A stretch of 64,000 bases of DNA from NCBI GenBank assembly GCA_943364975.1, contig CALRIY020000003.1, forward strand, positions 18,387 through 82,386, given 5' to 3'. Both the position numbers and the translations under genes were made by a program. Below, in pieces: positions 42,634 to 51,766 of this stretch. Within the stretch, counting starts at the first letter, position 1, and each line of letters starts with the position of its first letter. The DNA comes from Synechococcus sp. UW140. Lineage in GTDB: Bacteria; Bacteroidota; Ignavibacteria; UBA10030; UBA8401. The notes beneath the pieces are model-generated. The model saw only the letters and a list, made by a program, of their open reading frames with translations. It was not told the DNA's origin and did no database searches.

Positions 42634-42763
42634 GATATACTTCCGATTATGGATCTGATTGTGAATTGCTTGAATAATATACAAAATTCATTGATTGCAT
42701 CATACAATTGAAACCGCCCGAGGACTGCAACGTAAAAAACAGTTCATTTTACGGAGATTTACC

Positions 42764-43615
42764 ATGGTACAGCGAATTTTCCTGCCGGTCCTGATGTTTT
42801 TGCTCTGCGGCTGCGGACCCATCTGGCGCTCCCCCGCCTATTTCACTGATTATCAGCACATTCCGCTGTCAGAACCGGTGCTGACGATGGAGCAGTATTC
42901 TCAGAGAGCGGGGGATCATCCGCGTCCTTATATCGTTGCGCTGTCCGATACACTGATCCTCTTCGGCGCTGAACACACGAAAGATCCTAAAGATCCGCAG
43001 ATCGATTCCATTGCGGCGGCGTGGCGGAGATTCTCCCCCACCGTAGCGTTGGTTGAAAGCCGGCTTGGATTTCTATTCCGCTGGGTTTCAGATCCCGTTG
43101 AACAGTACGGTGAAAGCGGATTTGTCCTGGATCTTGCCAAGAAGGATGGGATTCCCTGTTACTCCTGGGAACCGCCGCCGAATAAGGAGGTCGCGTGGAT
43201 GCTGGAACGGCATTCACGGCAGCGGACGGCGCTCTTCTATATATTGCGTCCCTATTTCGGACAGGTGAAATTCGGGAAACCGGAGGATCCGGACAACATT
43301 GTTGAAGGATTGATCAAAAAAAGGACCGCCGTTCCGGGGCTTGAAGGATCGATCACATCCGTGACCGCGATTGATTCCATTTGGAAAGTTGATTTTACCG
43401 GTTTAAAGGATTGGCGCGACACGGATGACCGTTTCGGCTGGCCGGGTTATTTGAATGGTCTTGCCGCGGAGTCGAATGCGTTCCGGGATGAACATTTTGC
43501 TCAGGTGATCATCCGGCTGGTCAGCCAGGGAGAACGGGTCTTTGCCGTCTGCGGATCGAGTCATGCAGTAAAATTAGAGTCTGCTGTCCGCTCCACTTTG
43601 TTGAGGAAACCGTAA
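42764..43615 (+). CDS. lipoprotein of unknown function (possible Tiki/ChaN/TraB-like fold)
   Basis: ORF trimmed to ATG 42764, with lipobox MFLLCGC. LILFGAEHT and VCGSSHAVKL blocks loosely resemble Tiki-superfamily GxxH motifs. Confidence 0.6.
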   Translation: MVQRIFLPVLMFLLCGCGPIWRSPAYFTDYQHIPLSEPVLTMEQYSQRAGDHPRPYIVALSDTLILFGAEHTKDPKDPQIDSIAAAWRRFSPTVALVESRLGFLFRWVSDPVEQYGESGFVLDLAKKDGIPCYSWEPPPNKEVAWMLERHSRQRTALFYILRPYFGQVKFGKPEDPDNIVEGLIKKRTAVPGLEGSITSVTAIDSIWKVDFTGLKDWRDTDDRFGWPGYLNGLAAESNAFRDEHFAQVIIRLVSQGERVFAVCGSSHAVKLESAVRSTLLRKP

Positions 43616-43692
43616 GATCCGAAGGGTCTGTACAACTGTTGATTGAAAACATTCCTCCTTTAATGTATATTCATCTTGAAGAAGGGATTTTT

Positions 43693-45729
43693 ATGAAGAA
43701 CCTGTTGACGATCCTCCTGACCATCTGTGCCGGTGTATTGGCCGGTTCCGGCCGGGCTGAAGCTCAAACTGCTGCACACAAGTATTGGATCTATTTTTCC
43801 TCCAAGGAAAATGCGATCCTGGCAAAATCTCCGTCGCAGACGGACGCAGCCCGTGCAGTCGGTCTCTCCGAGCGGGCGATCCTCCGGCGGTCAAAGATCT
43901 CCTCACAGATCATTTCGGAAGAGGACCTTCCGGTCTCCACGAATTATCTTTCAACCCTGGAACAAAAAGGTATCATCATTCTCAACCGGTCGCGGTGGTT
44001 CAATGCCGTTACCGCTGATCTCACTCCGGACCAGGTCGCTCGTGTTCAAGCGCACCCCTTCGTCCGTTCGGTGGAACCGGTGATGACCTTTAAACGAAAA
44101 GAACTTCCCCGCACGGATGCTCCCCTCCAGAAGTCCGCCGTCACCTCCGCCGATCCGGATTCGCAGATGTACGGCAACTCCATTACACACATGAAGATGA
44201 TCAATGCGATCGCCGTCCACAAGATCGGCATCAAAGGACGCGGAGTACTGGTGGGAATGCTCGACAACGGATTCCGCTGGAAGACACACGAAGCGCTCCA
44301 GAACATGAACATCATCGCGGAGTACGATTTTATCCAGCGTGACAATAATACGGCGAACGAAGGGAATGACGCAGGTTCGCAGGATGGTCACGGAACAGGA
44401 ACGCTCTCCCTTGTCGGCGGCTACAAAGAGGGACAGCTTGTCAGTCCGGCATATCACGCAAGTTTCCTTCTCGGCAAAACAGAATACGATCCGACTGAGA
44501 CCAATGTGGAAGAAGCAAACTGGGTGGAAGGGATCGAATGGATGGAAAGCCAGGGTGTGGATATCGTCAGCAGTTCCCTGGGATACAAAGATTTTGATGC
44601 AGGACAAAAAAGTTATGTGTATGCGGATATGAACGGCCGCACCGCAACAACATCCAGAGCGGCGGTGCTTGCAGCGCGGCGCGGTGTCGTCGTGGTCAAT
44701 TCCATGGGAAACGAAGGAGCCGGAAAGAATCCGCCGTCGATCACATCCCCGGCTGATGCGGACAGCATCATATCCGTCGGCGCGGTGAACGGCAGCGGGA
44801 ATCTTGCGACCTTCAGCGGCAACGGACCGACATCGGACGGACGGATCAAACCGGATGTGATGGCGCACGGTGTCGGTACATATTGGGCGGTACCGGGAAA
44901 CAAAGGTTCATACAGTTCTCTGTTCCAGGGAACATCCCTCGCTGCACCGCAGGTATCGGGAGTCGCCGCAATGATCCTTTCCGCGCGGCCTGAATTGACT
45001 CCGATACAAGTGCGGGATGCACTCCGCAATACAGCAGGTAATTCCGCTTCTCCGAACAGTGCGATCGGATGGGGGATCATCAATGCCTATCAGGCCGTAC
45101 TGTATCATGGAATGGTGATCAGCAGCGATCCGGAAGTGTCCTTGACGCAGGACAGTAATTTTTCCGTGAATCTCTTCGTCGTCTCTCCTTCCGTTGTCAA
45201 AAAGGATTCCATCCGTCTTTTTTACACCTATGACAACGGTGCAAATTTTACAATGCTGCCGATGTCGCCGGGACAGCTCGTTGACTCATCGACAAATTCC
45301 GGAAAGTACAGCGCCGTCATCCCGAAACTGAACGGCACACCGAAATTCTATGTGAGAGCCGTCGATGCATCGAACATCGCGCGGACCAGTCCCTACACGG
45401 CGCCGGCGGAACTGTATGATGCGAAGACGGGAACAACCGGGATCCCTCAGCCGAATCCTGTCCCTTCTGCGTATGCATTGAATCAGAATTTTCCGAATCC
45501 ATTCAATCCTGCTACGATCATCAGTTTCGATGTGCCGCGGAAAGGATTTGTTTCACTGAAGATCTATGACGTACTCGGAAAAGAGATCGCAACATTGGTG
45601 AACGAAGAGCTCCCGTTCGGCAGGCGTTCCGTACAGTTCAACGCGAACGGACTGGCGAGCGGCGTGTATTTCTACCGCCTGCAGAGCGGTGACTTCGTGC
45701 AGACCAAACGGATGATGCTCTTGAGATAA
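43693..45729 (+). CDS. S8 subtilisin-like serine protease with T9SS C-terminal sorting domain
   Basis: ORF trimmed to ATG 43693 (MKNLLTILLTICAGVLAG). D/H/S triad blocks VGMLDNGF, GHGTGTLS and GTSLAAPQVSG. C-terminus NFPNPFNPATIISF...VYFYRL...RMMLLR. Confidence 0.9.
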   Translation: MKNLLTILLTICAGVLAGSGRAEAQTAAHKYWIYFSSKENAILAKSPSQTDAARAVGLSERAILRRSKISSQIISEEDLPVSTNYLSTLEQKGIIILNRSRWFNAVTADLTPDQVARVQAHPFVRSVEPVMTFKRKELPRTDAPLQKSAVTSADPDSQMYGNSITHMKMINAIAVHKIGIKGRGVLVGMLDNGFRWKTHEALQNMNIIAEYDFIQRDNNTANEGNDAGSQDGHGTGTLSLVGGYKEGQLVSPAYHASFLLGKTEYDPTETNVEEANWVEGIEWMESQGVDIVSSSLGYKDFDAGQKSYVYADMNGRTATTSRAAVLAARRGVVVVNSMGNEGAGKNPPSITSPADADSIISVGAVNGSGNLATFSGNGPTSDGRIKPDVMAHGVGTYWAVPGNKGSYSSLFQGTSLAAPQVSGVAAMILSARPELTPIQVRDALRNTAGNSASPNSAIGWGIINAYQAVLYHGMVISSDPEVSLTQDSNFSVNLFVVSPSVVKKDSIRLFYTYDNGANFTMLPMSPGQLVDSSTNSGKYSAVIPKLNGTPKFYVRAVDASNIARTSPYTAPAELYDAKTGTTGIPQPNPVPSAYALNQNFPNPFNPATIISFDVPRKGFVSLKIYDVLGKEIATLVNEELPFGRRSVQFNANGLASGVYFYRLQSGDFVQTKRMMLLR

Positions 45730-45913
45730 TATCTGCCCGCACCTGCTGCACAAACAGTCAGCTGCTCGTAAAGCGAGCACACTTTCATAGAAAAATTCTT
45801 TTTTTGGATATTCTCTGCGGCTTTGTGTGAAATTATCACAAAGAATGTTCACTGCCGTTTTTCCCTCCCCAATGCATTGGTCTTGGGGATTTTTATTGTA
45901 CATTTATCAACGT

Positions 45914-48073
45914 ATGAACCTTTTTGTTCAGGTCCCTTTTGCTCTTCTCCTTCTTCTGACGGTCTGCGGTTATACGGCGGCGTACTTCATGTACCGTTTT
46001 ACCGTTCCGCAGGTCTCTGCGTCCAAACGGACAGTGCTCATTCTGCTCCGCGGAACGGCGATCGCGCTGATCCTGCTGGCGCTGTGTGAACCGCTGCTGC
46101 AGTTCGTTTCTCGCGAGGACCGCAAACCGGTGATCGCGCTGCTGGCGGACAATTCCCTCAGCATGTCGCAAAAGGACGGCGCAGGGGACCGCGCGCAGAT
46201 CCTCACATCGCTCATCAAAGGAACTGCTGTCGAGCTTCTTTCGGAAAAAGCCGATCTGAAATTGTTCACTTTTTCCTCCTCGGCGGAACCGCTGACCGCA
46301 GAATCGCTCGCTGTGAACGGCGGCGCAACCAATATTTCTTCCGCTCTGCAATCCTCGCTCCGGTCGATCGACGATCTTCGGGGGATCATTCTGATCTCGG
46401 ATGGAAATTACAATGCCGGTTCGAATCCGCTGTACGATGCGGAGAAGAGCCGAATCCCGGTCTTCACGGTCGGTATCGGCGACACGAACGACCAGAAGGA
46501 CATCGCCGTTGCAAAGCTGCTCACGAATTCCGTCGGCTACGTTGATGCTTCCATTCCCGTCGAAGCTTCCATCCGCGCATCGGGAGTTTCGCCCCGCTCC
46601 GTCACCGTAACACTGCGGGAAGATGGGACGAAGATCGACGAACAGCGGGTGACGATCTCCGCGCAGAACGGACCGTCCGATCTTCCGGTGAAATTCTCGT
46701 ACACTCCCGGCAATGACGGGATGAAGAAACTGACCGTTTCCGTTGAAGGGATCGACGGCGAGATCACCGCGAAGAACAACAGCCGCTCATCGCTCATCAA
46801 AGTACTGAAGAATAAGATACTCATCTCGGTGGTCACCGGAACGGTCGGTCCGGATGTGGCGGCAGTGATGCAGACGATGAACGCGGACAAGAATATCCAA
46901 GCCGATCTTTTTTATCAGCTGCCGAACGGGGAATTCAAACCTCAGAAGGACGGGGCCGAACTGCGCACAACGATGATGAAGTGCGATGCGGTGATCCTGA
47001 TCGGATTCCCGACAGCACAAACCACCGCTGCTTCGCTCCAATCCGTCGCACAGGCGGTCGAGCAGCGCTCGCTGCCGCTTCTGTTCATAGCCGGAAGGAT
47101 GCTCGATCTTCAAAAGGTGCGTACACTGGAACGGTTCCTTCCATTCACCGTTTCGTCCGAACGGATGGATGAACAGACGGTGCTCCCGTTTGTCCAGGAA
47201 CGGCACCGGTATCATCAGCTGATCCAGCAGGAAGGAACGGCGTGGGAAAAACTTCCGCCCGTCTATTATTCACTCACTGCATTTACCGCAAAACCGGAAG
47301 CGCAGAACCTTCTCTCCGTGAAGATCCAGAATGTTCCGTTGACCAATCCGCTCTTTATTGTGCGGAGCATCGGCAGCAGCAAGTCCGCTGCGGTCCTCTG
47401 TTACGGTCTGCACCGGTGGAAAGTGCTGGCCGGTTCCTCGGACGATACGAAGCAGCATTTTGACCTCTGGTTCTCGTCGCTGATACGGTGGCTGAGTGTG
47501 CGTGAGAAGGATAAATTCCTCCGCGTTGAGCCTGCGAAAGAATTCTATTCACAGGGTGAGCAGATCGACTTCACGGCACAAGTGTATAACGAAAGTTATC
47601 AGCCGATGGACAATGCGGAAGTGTTCGTCTCCGTCCGTCCTCACGGCAAACAGAGCGGCGGAGAACGGATCGAAGCGCTTCTCTCCTCTTCCGGCACGGG
47701 ATTGTACGAAGGAAACATCGCCGGTCTGAGCGAAGGGGAATTCACTTACACCGCGTCCGCTACAGTGAACGGCGACACGGTCGGCACGGCTGCCGGAAGG
47801 ATCTCCGTCGGCGAACAATCCGTGGAGTTTGCGGAAACGAAGATGAACAAACCGCTGATGCAGCAGCTCGCATCATCCTCAGGCGGAGAGTATGTTGACG
47901 CATCGGAGTTCAGCCTGCTAACCGAAAGGATCCTCGCGCGTCAGGAGATGTCCCTGCGGGAACAGACTCACACGGAGGAATTTCAGCTGTGGAATCTTCC
48001 CTCCTTCCTTGCGGTGATCGTCCTATTGTTCGGCGTGGAATGGTTCGTGCGGAAGCAGAGCGGGATGTTGTAG
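45914..48073 (+). CDS. membrane protein with N-terminal double-TM anchor and vWA-like domain (BatA/BatB-related)
   Basis: ORF trimmed to ATG 45914 (MNLFVQVPFALLLLL...). MIDAS-like LADNSLSMS. ILISDGNYN...FTVGIGD. C-terminal TM segment. Confidence 0.78.
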   Translation: MNLFVQVPFALLLLLTVCGYTAAYFMYRFTVPQVSASKRTVLILLRGTAIALILLALCEPLLQFVSREDRKPVIALLADNSLSMSQKDGAGDRAQILTSLIKGTAVELLSEKADLKLFTFSSSAEPLTAESLAVNGGATNISSALQSSLRSIDDLRGIILISDGNYNAGSNPLYDAEKSRIPVFTVGIGDTNDQKDIAVAKLLTNSVGYVDASIPVEASIRASGVSPRSVTVTLREDGTKIDEQRVTISAQNGPSDLPVKFSYTPGNDGMKKLTVSVEGIDGEITAKNNSRSSLIKVLKNKILISVVTGTVGPDVAAVMQTMNADKNIQADLFYQLPNGEFKPQKDGAELRTTMMKCDAVILIGFPTAQTTAASLQSVAQAVEQRSLPLLFIAGRMLDLQKVRTLERFLPFTVSSERMDEQTVLPFVQERHRYHQLIQQEGTAWEKLPPVYYSLTAFTAKPEAQNLLSVKIQNVPLTNPLFIVRSIGSSKSAAVLCYGLHRWKVLAGSSDDTKQHFDLWFSSLIRWLSVREKDKFLRVEPAKEFYSQGEQIDFTAQVYNESYQPMDNAEVFVSVRPHGKQSGGERIEALLSSSGTGLYEGNIAGLSEGEFTYTASATVNGDTVGTAAGRISVGEQSVEFAETKMNKPLMQQLASSSGGEYVDASEFSLLTERILARQEMSLREQTHTEEFQLWNLPSFLAVIVLLFGVEWFVRKQSGML

Positions 48074-48090
48074 CGGGGTCGGGATATAAA

Positions 48091-48126
48091 ATTACAGGAT
48101 TACAAGATTACAGGATTGCACGATTC
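48091..48126. repeat. 8-nt tandem repeat, 4.5 units (ATTACAGG-like)
   Basis: ATTACAGG ATTACAAG ATTACAGG ATTGCACG ATTC, starting 18 nt after the vWA-gene stop. Confidence 0.8.
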
Positions 48127-48165
48127 TTTGACGGTTGGAAGGTTCAAAAGCAAAAAAGTATTAAA

Positions 48166-48296
48166 AGAGACTTCTGAAAAAGTCATTGCGAGGAGCGAAG
48201 CGACGAAGCAATCTTTTCAAAATACCAGTAAAAACAAGATTGCTTCGCCAAAAACGGCTCGCAATGACTCATATTTTGAATATTTTAGAAGTCTCT
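48166..48296. repeat. 131-nt nested imperfect palindrome (GTCAT...ATGAC type)
   Basis: Outer arms AGAGACTTCT / AGAAGTCTCT. Inner arms GTCATTGCGAggagcgaagcgacGAAGCAATC / GATTGCTTCgccaaaaacggcTCGCAATGAC. Confidence 0.8.
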
Positions 48297-48374
48297 AAAA
48301 TTTAATCACTTACTTCTCCGGCAGACCTTCACACATTTCGACTTTCTAAACATTGTAACAACAAGTATTCTCTT

Positions 48375-48749
48375 ATGAAACGCTCTCTTCTTCTTCTCGG
48401 CTCTTTGTTTGCTTTCTTCGGTGTGGCGCTCGGCGCGTTCGGAGCGCATGGTCTGAAATCGTACCTTGCTCCGGATATGCTGGCAATATTTGAAACGGCA
48501 GTCCGGTATCAGATGTATCATGTCTTCGGCATCTTCATCGCTGCCGTGCTTGCGGATTCGATCCCGGCTGCCGGAACGGCAGGCAGGCTCTTCGGCGCGG
48601 GGATCGTGCTGTTCAGCGGGAGTTTGATGGTCCTGTCGCTGACCGGAATTCGCACATTCGGACTGGTGACACCGTTCGGCGGACTCTGCTTTCTTGCCGG
48701 GTGGTCGCTGCTCGGTTATGGAGTATTTAAAATGAAGAAGGAGAGCTGA
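48375..48749 (+). CDS. DUF423 (YgdD/TMEM256) membrane protein
   Basis: 124 aa with 4 TM segments. Contains GVALGAFGAHGLK and the VRYQMYH block. Confidence 0.85.
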   Translation: MKRSLLLLGSLFAFFGVALGAFGAHGLKSYLAPDMLAIFETAVRYQMYHVFGIFIAAVLADSIPAAGTAGRLFGAGIVLFSGSLMVLSLTGIRTFGLVTPFGGLCFLAGWSLLGYGVFKMKKES

Positions 48750-48770
48750 ACAACACTCTCCTTCTTTTGG
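48735..48770 (+). terminator. terminator overlapping the DUF423 stop codon
   Basis: AAGAAGGAGAG-ctgaacaaca-CTCTCCTTCTT followed by TTGG. Confidence 0.65.
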
Positions 48771-48792
48771 ATCAGTATCTCAATGCATCCGC

Positions 48793-49299
48793 TTATTTTG
48801 CTGCAAGCATTGCCGAAACTTCTGCGCTGGTATAGCTGGTCAGAACATTTCCTTTTGCATCAACAACATTCATGTTCCCGTTCGCATCGCTCACGGCAAC
48901 GGCAAGCACGTTTCCTTCAGCATCCTTCACGGTGGACTTTCCGTCCTCACGTGTGATGGTGAACGATTTGCCGGCATATGACACGGTCATTTCGTTCTTC
49001 TCTTTGTTGAAGGCGACGGTCGTTCCGTCCTCGGAGGTGACATTCGATGCAACCGGATTGCTTCCGGTCCAGAATTCGAGCGAGTTCAGGATGACAACAT
49101 CGATGAATCCGGCAATACCGTAGACCGGAACAACGTAGCACGCCAGGAATACCAGTTCAACCACCCATTTGTTGCCGAGCGATCCGTTCCAGTTGTACAC
49201 TTTCTTCGTCAGATTGAATGAACCGTAGCAGCCGACGGACATCAACGCCATCGTCGCGACAAGCATTGCAACAACGATCTGTTTGAACATTTTATTCAT
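48793..49299 (-). CDS. DUF3332-like lipoprotein
   Basis: 168 aa with AGGAG upstream. Lipobox LMSVGC followed by YGSFNLTKKVYNWNGSLGNKWV...NSLEFW. Confidence 0.78.
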   Translation of the reverse strand: MNKMFKQIVVAMLVATMALMSVGCYGSFNLTKKVYNWNGSLGNKWVVELVFLACYVVPVYGIAGFIDVVILNSLEFWTGSNPVASNVTSEDGTTVAFNKEKNEMTVSYAGKSFTITREDGKSTVKDAEGNVLAVAVSDANGNMNVVDAKGNVLTSYTSAEVSAMLAAK

Positions 49300-49460
49300 G
49301 GGAACTCCTGTAGATTGGTGAAGGGATATGTGGGTTAGTCACTGATGCGAGTATATGGTTTTTTTTTATCGATGGCAAGTAGTTGAATACAATTATTAAT
49401 TTTGGTACTCTGATATCAGTTGGACAATATTCTATTCATGCAACAACAATCCCTGAACTC

Positions 49461-50813
49461 ATGACCGTGTGCCGTAGCATCGCCCTCATCTTCATCATGC
49501 TCTCCGTCGGCGCAGCACAACAGCCGTTGTCATGGAAGAAGACGAACTTCGATTACGCCGGAAACTCTTCCCGCATCAACGACCTGATCTTTGTGGATCC
49601 GCTCCTCGGATTCGCGGTGAACGGTATCGGCCAGATCCACCGGACGACAGACGGCGGTGTTTCCTGGACCCGTCAGCTGAACAAAGGGACCTTCACCCAC
49701 TTCCGGTCGGTCGGATTCTTCGATGCAATGAACGGTTATGCCGGCGCACTCGGATGGGGCGATGTGAACAATCCCAACGCCAAAGATACGGTGATCCTTT
49801 ATCGAACGACGAACGGCGGACTCAATTGGAATCCGGAGCATCAATTGACCAGCAGGGTGATCGAGCGGGGATTCTGCGGTATGCATGTGGTGAGCGATTC
49901 GATCATCTATGGTGTCGGCCGCGTACGCGGACCGGCGTGGTTCTACAAAACAACGGACCGCGGCGCAACATGGACCGCGAAAGATATGACGCCGTATGCC
50001 GCAGGACTGATCGATGTCCGTTTCTTCACGAAAGATTCCGGGATCACCGTCGGGCTGACGGATACGACGCATGAAAAGTCGCGCGCCATCATCCTCTCCA
50101 CTGCCGATGCAGGCGAAACGTGGGACACGGTCTACGTTACCACTCGGACGAATGAATGGGCGTGGAAGATCACCTTCCCGTCACGGATGACCGGCTACGT
50201 CAGTCTTCAGCGCAACAGCAATGTCGCTCCGGTCTTCATCCTGAAAACAACCGACGGCGGCTCGAGCTGGACACCGAAAGAATTCTCCTCAACCGGATAT
50301 TTTGTTCAGGGACTCGGGTTTTTGAATGATACACTCGGCTGGGCCGGCGGAACTTCCCTCGCACCGAAACAGACAACGGACGGCGGGAACACCTGGACCT
50401 CCCTGGCGATCGGGAACAGCCTGAACCGTTTCCGGAAGGTGAATGACTCTCTGATGTATGTCTCCGGTGCCGGTGTGTGGAAATATTCCCCCGGAGTGTC
50501 GCTCGGAGCGGAAACTAAACCGTCCTCCGCTGCGTTCAACTATACACTACAGCAGAATTATCCGAATCCGTTCAATCCGCAGACGACGATCGAATTTTCG
50601 CTGCCGGAGGAGGGTTTCACCACCGTTTCCGTATACGATCTCACCGGCGCATGGATCAGAACCTTGTTCAGCGGCCATGCACAGAAAGGGACCTTCACTG
50701 TATCGTGGGACGGACGGATCGAAAGTGATGAAGAAGCTGCATCGGGCACTTATTTCTACCGGCTGGAAACAAAAAATAATACACAAACTAAAAAAATGAT
50801 CCTATTACGTTAA
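49461..50813 (+). CDS. secreted BNR/Asp-box repeat protein (Ycf48-like propeller) with T9SS C-terminal sorting domain
   Basis: ORF trimmed to ATG 49461. Six Asp-box repeats (TTDGGVSWT, TTNGGLNWN, TTDRGATWT, TADAGETWD, TTDGGSSWT, TTDGGNTWT). C-terminus NYPNPFNPQTTIEF...TYFYRL...KMILLR. Confidence 0.82.
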   Translation: MTVCRSIALIFIMLSVGAAQQPLSWKKTNFDYAGNSSRINDLIFVDPLLGFAVNGIGQIHRTTDGGVSWTRQLNKGTFTHFRSVGFFDAMNGYAGALGWGDVNNPNAKDTVILYRTTNGGLNWNPEHQLTSRVIERGFCGMHVVSDSIIYGVGRVRGPAWFYKTTDRGATWTAKDMTPYAAGLIDVRFFTKDSGITVGLTDTTHEKSRAIILSTADAGETWDTVYVTTRTNEWAWKITFPSRMTGYVSLQRNSNVAPVFILKTTDGGSSWTPKEFSSTGYFVQGLGFLNDTLGWAGGTSLAPKQTTDGGNTWTSLAIGNSLNRFRKVNDSLMYVSGAGVWKYSPGVSLGAETKPSSAAFNYTLQQNYPNPFNPQTTIEFSLPEEGFTTVSVYDLTGAWIRTLFSGHAQKGTFTVSWDGRIESDEEAASGTYFYRLETKNNTQTKKMILLR

Positions 50814-50832
50814 TCAAGGAGGAACACACACA

Positions 50833-51573
50833 ATGATGCGCACAGCAAATCCCGCGTTGAACGACAAAACGTTCGAACAGATCGGTACCGGACAATATTC
50901 CGATACCATGACCCTTCAGGGGACGGTCAACAAGACCGGTATGATGCTTCTGCTGCTGGTGGCCGGAGCTGCGTACACCTGGAGTCTCTTTTTGGAACAG
51001 GATCCATCCGTGACCATGTGGATGATGGTCGGTGTCATCGGAGGACTGGTCGTTTCGTTCGTCACCGTCTTTAAAAAAGAATGGTCTCCGGTCACAGCAC
51101 CCTTGTATTCAGTACTGCAGGGTTTTGCACTCGGCGGTATTTCGGTGATGATGGAGTCCCTGTATCCCGGCATCGTCATGCAGGCCGTTGCACTGACCTT
51201 CGGAACCGCCGGCTGTCTGCTGATCGCGTACAAATCCGGTGTGATCAAAGCGACCGAGAATTTCAAGCTGGGGATCTTCGCCGCTACGGGCGGTATCGCC
51301 GTGATCTATCTTGTCGGCTGGATCATGAGCTTCTTCGGCACCTCCATCCCCTATATCCATGAGAACGGATTGATCGGGATCGGATTCAGTCTTGTCGTGG
51401 TCGTGATCGCGGCGCTGAATCTCGTCCTGGATTTCGACTTCATCGAAAAAGGAGCGGAACACGGTGCTCCGAAATTCATGGAATGGTATGCGGCGTTCGG
51501 ATTAATGGTAACCTTGATCTGGCTTTACATCGAGATCCTGCGTCTGCTGGCGAAACTGAACAGCAGAAAATAA
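50833..51573 (+). CDS. Bax inhibitor-1/YccA-family membrane protein
   Basis: 246 aa with AAGGAGG upstream. N-terminus MMRTANPAL and about 7 TM segments, as in the BaxI_1 family. Confidence 0.82.
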   Translation: MMRTANPALNDKTFEQIGTGQYSDTMTLQGTVNKTGMMLLLLVAGAAYTWSLFLEQDPSVTMWMMVGVIGGLVVSFVTVFKKEWSPVTAPLYSVLQGFALGGISVMMESLYPGIVMQAVALTFGTAGCLLIAYKSGVIKATENFKLGIFAATGGIAVIYLVGWIMSFFGTSIPYIHENGLIGIGFSLVVVVIAALNLVLDFDFIEKGAEHGAPKFMEWYAAFGLMVTLIWLYIEILRLLAKLNSRK

Positions 51574-51651
51574 GAGCGGGAACCGTCATCGGGACCGTTC
51601 CGGCTCGGAACTGAACCGTCGATGGTCTATTTCGTTATAAAATTCTCATTG

Positions 51652-51680
51652 AAAGGCGGCGAACAAGCCGCCTTTTTCTT
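51652..51680 (+). terminator. rho-independent terminator of the BaxI-family gene
   Basis: AAAGGCGGC-gaacaa-GCCGCCTTT followed by TTCTTTC. Confidence 0.8.
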
Positions 51681-51766
51681 TCGTCCAATGGGAAGGAGAC
51701 TGTTCCATTGTAACTCCCTCCAAGTTTTTTTATCTTTCATGATCCAACGAAAGGAAAGTCCGCTGT

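Noticed and set aside
48116-48298. 60-aa ORF (...VIARSEATKQSF...IASPKTARNDS...) and similar small ORFs at 18466..18714
   Set aside because: The reading frames run straight through palindromic repeat elements. The two arms give mirror-like peptides, and there is no RBS. I treat them as translated repeats, not genes.
49530-50074. Mirror-image 180-aa ORFs on both strands (49530..50072 minus, 49532..50074 plus)
   Set aside because: Both lie inside the BNR-repeat T9SS protein gene, which is in a different frame and has six Asp-boxes. This is a coincidence of stop-codon-poor GC-rich sequence.
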